Source: Endomicrobiia bacterium
Lineage (GTDB): Bacteria; Elusimicrobiota; Endomicrobiia; PHAN01
Direction: 5' to 3'
DNA length: 31,444 nucleotides
Assembly (NCBI GenBank): GCA_030018875.1
Contig: JASEHK010000001.1
Span: forward strand, 1-31,444
Made by a program: the position numbers and the translations under genes
Notes under the pieces: generated by a model
The model's input: the letters and a program-made list of their open reading frames with translations, nothing else
What the model was told of the DNA's origin: nothing
Database searches by the model: none
Shown here: positions 1 through 6,598 of the stretch, piece after piece
Layout of the letters: each line of letters opens with the position of its first letter
How positions within the stretch are numbered: position 1 is the stretch's first letter

Positions 1-12
1 CTTATGTTTCAT
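1..12 (-). CDS. 5' end (MKHK...) of the next gene of the ArsR-DsrE-porin operon, truncated by the window edge
   Basis: On the minus strand, GGAG-aatattttca-ATG AAA CAT AAG follows the stop of the 31..1131 ORF. Confidence 0.4.
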
Positions 13-30
13 TGAAAATATTCTCCGTTC

Positions 31-1131
31 TTATCCCGCGTAACGATGGTATTTCCAAAAGTTAGAAGCGTACAAAACGACCGCCATAACGATGCTCAAA
101 TAACACACGAACAGCAGCGCCGTGTTCCGATAATAGTTACCGTAAACGTAACAGCCCAGAACTTCAAATCCCACAAGAGCGCACACAGGACTCCACAAAC
201 TCGGATAAAACTCTTTCTTGCCGAATTCCTCCAGAAAATATTCCTTGAGCAGATAAGATATAAACAAAATGCAGAATGCGGCGGCGGTGAAAGAGCCCGT
301 GACGACAAAAAACGAGAACGCGTTCAAATCATAAGCAAACGTATTTTTCAGATAAACATTGAACTTGTAGACGCTTACGCCGAACAGGCAGAGTATCGGC
401 ACGACGGTAAAATAACCGGGCAAAAAAGTTTTTTCGGGCAGTTTTTCCGCTCTCAACTGATGATAAACCAGTATGATAAGTTTGACGACAAAAAGAAACG
501 CTCCGGCGGCGAGCGCAGTCATCGTCATTAAAGCCGCGGCGGACGCGACATTATTTTTCGCCGACAAAGACGCTATGCCCGCTCCGACCAGCGATACCAT
601 TCCGAACGCAAAAACATCCAGTAGCCATCCGAAATTCAATTTATCGGTCTCCACGGGTTTTGTAACCCATGACTTAACCGCCCTTGCCTCGGCCAGAAGC
701 AGAAGAATCCATAGAATGGTCCATACGATAAAAGCGGGCAAAAGCGCGGATTGAACCGTTATGCCGAAGAAAAAAACCGCGGGGCCCATAAGGACGTTTA
801 TGCTCATTGCAAGCGAAATTATCGGAGAAAAAATACCGATATTCGTAGGATGCGAGTTCATAAAATCGCCGGATTCTTTTTTGTCCGAAATCCACAAAAC
901 CATATCTTTCAGATAAAACATCGTTAAAACGACATGCGCCGCCGCGAAAACCGCCATTATGCCGACGAGTATCGTTATGAAATAAGAACCCGACATCCCC
1001 GCGCCATAGATGTCGGCGAACCCGACTATTCCTTTTCCGTGCGGAACGGAAAACTGCAAATACACAAAAGGCATAAGAGCGACGCCGGCGGCTGCAAGGG
1101 CGGCCTGAAATTTAATCGGCGAGAATTTCAT
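31..1131 (-). CDS. Multi-pass membrane protein resembling the TsoY (seleno)protein family; possibly a TDT/SLAC1-like fold
   Basis: About 10 hydrophobic segments. The N-terminus FSPIKFQAALAAAGVALMPF..VPHGKG and the late motif LWSPVCALVGFEVLG resemble TsoY-like proteins as I recall them. SD-like GAGG upstream. Confidence 0.55.
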   Translation of the reverse strand: MKFSPIKFQAALAAAGVALMPFVYLQFSVPHGKGIVGFADIYGAGMSGSYFITILVGIMAVFAAAHVVLTMFYLKDMVLWISDKKESGDFMNSHPTNIGIFSPIISLAMSINVLMGPAVFFFGITVQSALLPAFIVWTILWILLLLAEARAVKSWVTKPVETDKLNFGWLLDVFAFGMVSLVGAGIASLSAKNNVASAAALMTMTALAAGAFLFVVKLIILVYHQLRAEKLPEKTFLPGYFTVVPILCLFGVSVYKFNVYLKNTFAYDLNAFSFFVVTGSFTAAAFCILFISYLLKEYFLEEFGKKEFYPSLWSPVCALVGFEVLGCYVYGNYYRNTALLFVCYLSIVMAVVLYASNFWKYHRYAG

Positions 1132-1198
1132 ATCGTTTACCCTCGTTATTCCGCCCGTAATGCGCGATGCGGCGCCGGGCGGAAATTTTTCTTTTTGC

Positions 1199-2371
1199 TT
1201 AAAACTGAATCTGAAAAGCGACGGTTATATCGGCATAGTCCCTGTTTACGCGGGGAGCGGTTCCTTCCGTGTCGTAATCTTTCAGCGCATACTCAAACTG
1301 CAGTTTTGAATCGTGGCCTTGCAGGTACCAGTTGACGCCGCCGGACATTTTCCTGTAATCCTCGCCGCCGACGACAGCGCCTTCTCTGTCGGATTTTTCA
1401 TATCGCAACGCGGGCTGGATATTTGACCCGGGCAAAAGATATGCCGCAAGAATATACCAACCCGATGTTTTTCCGACGGGAATATCCCTGTCGTAATTAA
1501 AATAAGCCGCCTCGCCCGTTACGGTTCCGCCATACAAACGCCGCTCGGCAAAGGCATCTATCGTCCATGCGGTATAAACCGGCGACAAAACGCCGGTTTT
1601 ATACTTGCCCGACAGATAACCCGCTCCCATGGAAAAGACGTCTCCGCCGCCGAGATAAGCGCCGCTATTGGCATAGCCTTTTTCGACGCCCGCTGGAGTC
1701 AGGGAAATCCGGGCGGAATAAAAAGACGCCGCGTCGTCGGCGACGGCTCCGATGGGATTGAGATTTGCGTCGAATATACCGGCATAATATTTGAACTTCC
1801 GGCTTGAAAGCTCACCTGTGAACGCCCAGCCCAAATTGCGAAAATCCGTCGTATCCCCGACGTAACCGGCTCCGCCTATGTCGGGCGAATGAGGCAGAAC
1901 GTAGGCAAATGAGTCCTGGAGCGCGACCCTTGAAAACGGTGTCCTGAAAAGTCCGGTCATTAACTTATATTCCGGAGCGAAATCGAACATTACCTGCGCA
2001 TCTCTTACCGTCGCGGCGTCCTTTGCGACGGCGGACCCGTCCCATGCGCCTTTTTGCCAATCCACATTCGCGCTGAATTGAGCCGGCGAATTTGTCCGGC
2101 CGGCGATATAAAACCTCATCGTTTTAACGGAGATATTCGCGGCGGGATGAGCTCCGTCGGGCGAGGCGTCCTGCGCCGATTGAAGCCAGTTCTGCATCTT
2201 GAACCCGAACTTTGCGGATGTCTCATCGCCCATTCTCATTTCATACCCCGCCGAAAAAAGAAAAGACCCCGGCATCCCGAGCAAAAACATCAACGTTGCG
2301 ATGAATAAAAACCATTTTGAAACGATGCGCGGGCGCACAAACTTTTTAAATCTGTTTTTTGTCGGCCTCAT
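1199..2371 (-). CDS. Outer-membrane beta-barrel porin, OprO/OprP/ExtI-like
   Basis: Signal peptide, alternating amphipathic strands (GWYILAAYLL, IQPALRYE, GVNWYLQGHDSKLQFEY) and C-terminal Phe (FQIQF). SD GGGGAG. Confidence 0.8.
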   Translation of the reverse strand: MRPTKNRFKKFVRPRIVSKWFLFIATLMFLLGMPGSFLFSAGYEMRMGDETSAKFGFKMQNWLQSAQDASPDGAHPAANISVKTMRFYIAGRTNSPAQFSANVDWQKGAWDGSAVAKDAATVRDAQVMFDFAPEYKLMTGLFRTPFSRVALQDSFAYVLPHSPDIGGAGYVGDTTDFRNLGWAFTGELSSRKFKYYAGIFDANLNPIGAVADDAASFYSARISLTPAGVEKGYANSGAYLGGGDVFSMGAGYLSGKYKTGVLSPVYTAWTIDAFAERRLYGGTVTGEAAYFNYDRDIPVGKTSGWYILAAYLLPGSNIQPALRYEKSDREGAVVGGEDYRKMSGGVNWYLQGHDSKLQFEYALKDYDTEGTAPRVNRDYADITVAFQIQF

Positions 2372-2398
2372 ACTTGCCTCCCCATTATATCCGAATTA

Positions 2399-2719
2399 TC
2401 AGAACGTCACTGTTTTGTCCGCTTCCTTTATGATATTGTGCAAATCCTTCATCGTGGAAATCGGGCACAATTGACTTCCGTCTTTCTGACGCAGTTTAAG
2501 ACAGGTGCCGCAGGCAAGAATCCTGCCGCCCGCGTCCAGAAACTTCTGCGCCTGCTCGACGATGTTGAATTTTTCTCCGGATAGTTTTTCATACTCAACG
2601 CCTTTTGCCAAAAGAAAAACATCGACGGAGTCCTTTTGTTCCAGCGCGAAGTTCCCCAGCCGGAACGCGTTCCAGACGAGTTCCGCGTCGGTCGAATAAA
2701 TGACTATACCGAGTTTCAT
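2399..2719 (-). CDS. DsrE/DsrF-like family sulfur-relay protein
   Basis: MKLGIVI..ELVWNAFRLGNFAL, VFLLAKGVE, ILACGTCLKLR and CPISTMKDL motifs. SD AAGGAG. Confidence 0.85.
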   Translation of the reverse strand: MKLGIVIYSTDAELVWNAFRLGNFALEQKDSVDVFLLAKGVEYEKLSGEKFNIVEQAQKFLDAGGRILACGTCLKLRQKDGSQLCPISTMKDLHNIIKEADKTVTF

Positions 2720-2738
2720 AAAGACGTCTCCTTAAGTT

Positions 2739-3056
2739 TTACTTTATTTTTTCAAGCAGCGCTTTGTCTCGCTTGAGTTTTTTAATCAAAATTTTTCGCA
2801 TTATGTCGCAGGCCTTGATTATATCCGGGTCGCTGAGTTCATAACAGACGTTCCTGCCTTTTCTTTCGGCCGTTACCACGCCCTGCTCCACGAGCAAAGA
2901 CATATGCTGCGAAAGTATCACCTTGTTGGTCTTTACCTTCCCGAGCAGTTCGGAGGCGCACAACTTTTTGTTCCTGAGAGCGTTTATTATCATCAGGCGC
3001 ACGGGATTGGCCAGCGTCTTACACACTTCGGCGTGCAGGCCGTAAATCTCTTCCAT
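2739..3056 (-). CDS. ArsR/SmtB family transcriptional regulator
   Basis: KTLANPVRLMII, LSQHMSLL and ERKGRNVCYEL winged-helix signature. SD AGGGAG. Confidence 0.93.
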   Translation of the reverse strand: MEEIYGLHAEVCKTLANPVRLMIINALRNKKLCASELLGKVKTNKVILSQHMSLLVEQGVVTAERKGRNVCYELSDPDIIKACDIMRKILIKKLKRDKALLEKIK

Positions 3057-3100
3057 AAGAAAACTCCCTTTATAAGATACTATTGTTTATTTACTTCTTA

Positions 3101-3129
3101 ACTATATAAAATAAAAAGCGGCGCGTCAA
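3101..3129 (-). promoter_or_regulatory. Sigma70-type promoter of the ArsR operon
   Basis: TTGACG (3129-3124), 17 nt spacer, TATAGT (3106-3101), upstream of the ArsR SD and ATG. Confidence 0.75.
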
Positions 3130-3269
3130 GATGGTCGGAGCGGAGGCGCGGTATCGGGGGTTTATGATAATGGCGGCTGGCGGAAATTTGCGGATGGAAC
3201 AAATGAATCCGGGGATTTTCCGTTGCCCCTCCTCCGACGCCCAAAAATAAAAACTTCACGGGGTGGACG

Positions 3270-3320
3270 ATCCCGCCTTTCCGCCTTTGGCGGAATCCGC
3301 CGCAGGCGTGATTGACGGGA
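3270..3320. repeat. Nested CCGCC-N3-GGCG(G) REP-like palindromes
   Basis: TCCGCC-TTT-GGCGGA (3280-3294) and CGCC-GCA-GGCG are enclosed by TCCCG/CGGGA. Confidence 0.5.
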
Positions 3321-3366
3321 CAAGTTGTTTGAACCTGGCTTGCGGGGGCGTGTATTCGAGGTCTTG

Positions 3367-3402
3367 GCTTGATTTTTGAGGGGTTTTTGGTAAAAATCAA
3401 GC
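3367..3402. repeat. Perfect 11-bp inverted repeat
   Basis: GCTTGATTTTT (3367-3377) / AAAAATCAAGC (3392-3402), 14-nt spacer. Confidence 0.7.
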
Positions 3403-3424
3403 AGGGGACGGGGATAGAGACGCG

Positions 3425-3646
3425 TTAAAACGTGATACGCGCCATGGATATTTTAACGTTGGGAACCCAAAGAAAAAAGATGTGCGCGGAATAACCCTTC
3501 TTTTTCAAAACTTTGAGGAAGTCCGCGTAAGATCTTCCGGCCAGAGTCGTCTCGAAAGAAAAGTCCTGACCCGTCCGCGCGAGGTTGTGAAGTTGTTCAA
3601 GAACGAGTTTCCCGGCTTTCAGCGCGGCGGTTTGAGGCGTTTTTAT
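3425..3646 (-). pseudogene. Internal fragment of a zeta-toxin-like / COG4185 P-loop ATPase
   Basis: Manual translation gives IKTPQTAALKAGKLVLEQLHNLARTGQDFSFETTLAGRSYADFLKVLKKKGYSAHIFFLWVPNVKISMARITF*. It carries the family's FETTL.G and GY..H.FFLW motifs but has no start codon and no Walker A. Confidence 0.75.
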
Positions 3647-4312
3647 TTATCCAAGTTTCGTACCGCACTCGCCGCAGAATCTCGTTCCGACAAAATTTTT
3701 CGCTCCGCATTTCGGGCATTTTATCAAGTCGAGCGGCCCGCCGCAGTTGTTGCAGAACTTACCCTCGCCGGCGGGTTTGCCGCATTGGGAACAGAGTGTT
3801 TGCTTGCTTTCAATTTCTCCGGTAAAGACCTGTGTGCCCGCCGCTTTTTCATGTATATCCTGAACCGCTTTTTGCGCTTTGGCGGCGGCCACTTCAACGT
3901 TTACTCTCGGAGCATCGTCCACACAAAGTCCTTCCTGTTCGTTCCAGTCGTTCTCGCAGACCCATTTTTTGCATTTCGGGCAACGATGAAAATGTTGTTT
4001 TGCTTCGTTCTGGGCAAGTTCAAACGCAACTTCATGTTCCTTGTGCCAGTCGGGGGACATACCCTGATAGCGTTCGGTGAGAATATCGGCTCCCCTTTCA
4101 ATCGTATAGCCCGTTCCATATTTTCCCAACAAAGACGTGCCTATTGACACCGCCCGGCCGAGGCCGCGAAGGAGACCGGCTTTTTTATGGGTTTTGGACT
4201 CCACAAATTTGGTCTTGTAACCTTCTCTGCACAGGTCGCAGAAAAAAGTAAACTGAAACCCCGCATCCGTGCTGTTATCCGCAAAATTACTCGTAAATGG
4301 TTGCAGCGACAT
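3647..4312 (-). CDS. Zinc-ribbon protein with C-terminal double zinc ribbon (DZR)
   Basis: GFQFTFFCDLC, HFHRCPKC, then CSQC/CNNC/CPKC/CGEC. SD AGGAGG. Confidence 0.85.
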   Translation of the reverse strand: MSLQPFTSNFADNSTDAGFQFTFFCDLCREGYKTKFVESKTHKKAGLLRGLGRAVSIGTSLLGKYGTGYTIERGADILTERYQGMSPDWHKEHEVAFELAQNEAKQHFHRCPKCKKWVCENDWNEQEGLCVDDAPRVNVEVAAAKAQKAVQDIHEKAAGTQVFTGEIESKQTLCSQCGKPAGEGKFCNNCGGPLDLIKCPKCGAKNFVGTRFCGECGTKLG

Positions 4313-4328
4313 GGTTTTATCCTCCTTT

Positions 4329-4688
4329 TTATTTTTCCGATATAAACGGAGCCGCTTTTGGCAAAAATGGCTTGCCGCATTTTATACATTTATCTCCAAT
4401 TGGCGGTTGCTCGGTTTTACATTTTGGATTAGGACAAACGACAACCAACCGAGCGTCGCAGTGTCCGCAGTAATCTCCGAAAAAAGTTGTCTTGCCGCAT
4501 TTCGGACAAGCAATTTCCAATGAGAGCCCGCAACTACCGCATTTCTTCCAGTCCTTCTGAATCGGATTCCGGCATTTGGGACAGCGGCTCGACCCAACTG
4601 GATTTATTTTACCACAAAATGGACATACATTTGAATCTTGCTCGATTAACTTCTCGCAATATTTACAAGGATGTTTATATCCCGGCAT
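4329..4688 (-). CDS. Small multi-zinc-ribbon (DZR) protein
   Basis: Eight CxxC/CxxxxC pairs. Start moved to ATG 4688 behind SD GGAGGTGA. Confidence 0.85.
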   Translation of the reverse strand: MPGYKHPCKYCEKLIEQDSNVCPFCGKINPVGSSRCPKCRNPIQKDWKKCGSCGLSLEIACPKCGKTTFFGDYCGHCDARLVVVCPNPKCKTEQPPIGDKCIKCGKPFLPKAAPFISEK

Positions 4689-4728
4689 AGTCAATCACCT
4701 CCGATATTTTAGTTTGTTTCTAATAAAT

Positions 4729-4758
4729 TTCATGGGCGGACAAATGCCCGCTCATGAA
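4729..4758. repeat. Intergenic hairpin
   Basis: TTCATGGGCGGACA / TGCCCGCTCATGAA, 14-position stem with one G-T pair and one mismatch. Confidence 0.5.
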
Positions 4759-4773
4759 CAGCCGGGCGGAATT

Positions 4774-5337
4774 TTAATCCGATGTCCAAATTTCCTCAAA
4801 TTTTTCCTTTGCTTTATCCCAATAATATAGCACCGAGGAGCATTCCACATAAACAATCTCCACTGCGGGCAACTTCAATATTATTTGTTTTCTATCCTTT
4901 TTGTCGGGTCCTGCCATTGTTTCTCTCACTAATCTTCCGGCTGGAATAAATGCTAAATACATATTCGAAAAAAGATAAGTGTCATAATACTCTTCCATGA
5001 TAACTATTGGTTCCAACGTTTTTCGCGTAGCGGTCGAAAGAAATATAACAAATTTTACTTTTACATCTTCTCTGATCTTCTTAAACAACAAAACCGCATA
5101 ATCATTAACCGCATCTCCATTAAAATCTGCTTTTACCCAACCCGGATGTGGAACATCTTTTGACCAGTTTTGCGAAGAATTACTTAAATTAGAGTATTGA
5201 AAAATTTCCCAGCCGGGATAAAAATGTTTTGCCAAAAACAGAACCGCCGACGGCATTGTATTTTTCTGACGCGCTTCAACATTCTGACAAATGATGAGAA
5301 ACGGAACAAATATGAAAAGCAGCGCCCCGTTTCTCAT
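4774..5337 (-). CDS. Exported protein with an FG-GAP/VCBS-like DxNxD motif; candidate immunity protein
   Basis: ATG at 5337 lies 1 nt after the upstream stop (TAA-A-ATG). Signal peptide MRNGALLFIFVPFLIICQNVEA; motif ADFNGDAVNDYAVLL. Confidence 0.7.
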   Translation of the reverse strand: MRNGALLFIFVPFLIICQNVEARQKNTMPSAVLFLAKHFYPGWEIFQYSNLSNSSQNWSKDVPHPGWVKADFNGDAVNDYAVLLFKKIREDVKVKFVIFLSTATRKTLEPIVIMEEYYDTYLFSNMYLAFIPAGRLVRETMAGPDKKDRKQIILKLPAVEIVYVECSSVLYYWDKAKEKFEEIWTSD

Positions 5338-5338
5338 T

Positions 5339-6487
5339 TTATTTATTAACTTTCGGGTCATACTCGATATGAATATGCGGTTCTTCCCCTTTTTCATATA
5401 TCGTATCATAATTTTCTCCCAATTTACTTTTGAGCATTTCCGTTATTCGGTTTATTTGTGAGGCCGCAAGGTCTTTCGTTCTTAAATCAACCGCATTGCC
5501 GGAATAATGACGCGAGTTTGAACCATGTTCACCGTTGGTAGTAAAGGTTACTATCCCATTGCGCCCGGCAATGGCGTTGAATGTATCATTTACTATACTT
5601 TCTATATCTTTGATATTTTGTGTCAAACCATCGCCGGATGTTTGGTCACCAGCATAAACCCATGCATCCCCTTTAAGCCGGGAAAAAATCTGCGCCAACA
5701 ATGACTGAACTTCTTCCCTATGAATAAACCCTTCGGCTTTCAATGTTGAACATTCGGGATGATTTTTGCAGGCGCCACACCCACATCGCTCATTGCGTTT
5801 ATGTTTTCTTCGCGTCATTTGGCATGAAGCGGAATGTATCTGTGTGTCGCCAGTCGGCAAAAAAGCGTAAAATAAAACATTTCCAGTTATTACAAAATTA
5901 TTGATTAAAACCGCCTGGCAAATCTTTTTCCCGTCTTTTCCGATAAGAAAAAGCGCTTTTTCTTCTAAAAATTTTCCTTTTTCAAGTTTAGCGCCGGATT
6001 GAGAGAGCGTCATGATGCCTTCGTCAAATGCTTTTTTGGCTTCTTCTACAAGTTCTTTCGGCGCAAATGCCTCCAACAAATCGCCTAAAGAAATACCTGT
6101 TGATGCGCCCGGTACGGGAGCATCGAAACCATAAGTCGGCGCTGTTTGATAACTTTCAAAAAATTGTTGCGCTGTTTTATTGTCCGGATAACCGGCAATG
6201 TGGAAATAGAGCAAATAATCATGTTTATCAGGGTCAAAGCCACTGACGTTATTAGCATCCTGTTGAGATTTAATTAATTCCGCCAATTGGCCCTTGCTAA
6301 CAAATGGATTTGAAGCAAGCGAATCTATAAAATCCTGCATCGTCCCGGAAAGGGGGCTGATATGACCTAATTTTACATTATGGGCGCCGTCTTGTAATAA
6401 GATATCCACCACTTCCCACCTTGGCGGCCACCGTGAAGGCAGAAGTTTTTTCATCTCTTCTTTTGTCGGCAACGAACTGTTCCTCAT
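5339..6487 (-). CDS. Protein with an unknown N-terminal region and a C-terminal M15/LAS-fold zinc peptidase domain
   Basis: C-terminal RHYSGNAVD (H-x6-D) and PHIHIE (HxH). Start moved to ATG 6487 behind GGAGGGGGG. Confidence 0.75.
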   Translation of the reverse strand: MRNSSLPTKEEMKKLLPSRWPPRWEVVDILLQDGAHNVKLGHISPLSGTMQDFIDSLASNPFVSKGQLAELIKSQQDANNVSGFDPDKHDYLLYFHIAGYPDNKTAQQFFESYQTAPTYGFDAPVPGASTGISLGDLLEAFAPKELVEEAKKAFDEGIMTLSQSGAKLEKGKFLEEKALFLIGKDGKKICQAVLINNFVITGNVLFYAFLPTGDTQIHSASCQMTRRKHKRNERCGCGACKNHPECSTLKAEGFIHREEVQSLLAQIFSRLKGDAWVYAGDQTSGDGLTQNIKDIESIVNDTFNAIAGRNGIVTFTTNGEHGSNSRHYSGNAVDLRTKDLAASQINRITEMLKSKLGENYDTIYEKGEEPHIHIEYDPKVNK

Positions 6488-6561
6488 GTTTTTGACCCCC
6501 CTCCCTGCTTTACGGAGACTTTTCCGCAAATACGCTCAATGGTTACACCTTGCAGCGCCAT
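6484..6561 (-). CDS. Candidate 25-aa micro-ORF MALQGVTIERICGKVSVKQGGGSKT (not in the ORF track)
   Basis: SD-like AAGGAAG before ATG 6561. Its TGA overlaps the next ATG (ATGA at 6487-6484). Confidence 0.45.
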   Translation of the reverse strand: MALQGVTIERICGKVSVKQGGGSKT

Positions 6562-6598
6562 TGGTCCGCACTTCCTTTATTATTTGAGTGAGTTAGTA

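Noticed and set aside
31-2719. Selenocysteine recoding in the sulfur operon
   Set aside because: All ORFs are full length without in-frame TGA, so no recoding is needed.
3098-3400. 100-aa minus-strand ORF upstream of ArsR
   Set aside because: Runs through palindromes and the ArsR promoter; no SD and no protein-like motifs.
3515-3524. GAGGAAGTCC, resembling the RNase P RNA P4 motif
   Set aside because: One A short of GAGGAAAGTCC, no matching 3' P4 strand, and it lies antisense within the ATPase remnant.
3482-4147. 221-aa plus-strand ORF
   Set aside because: Antisense shadow of the zinc-ribbon gene and the ATPase remnant, with no recognisable motifs. The same applies to the many other short overlapping ORFs in the track.
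1174-4771. Shared 11-mer GCCGGGCGGAA at 1174-1184 and 4761-4771 after stop codons
   Set aside because: Short and GC-rich, with only two copies; could be chance.
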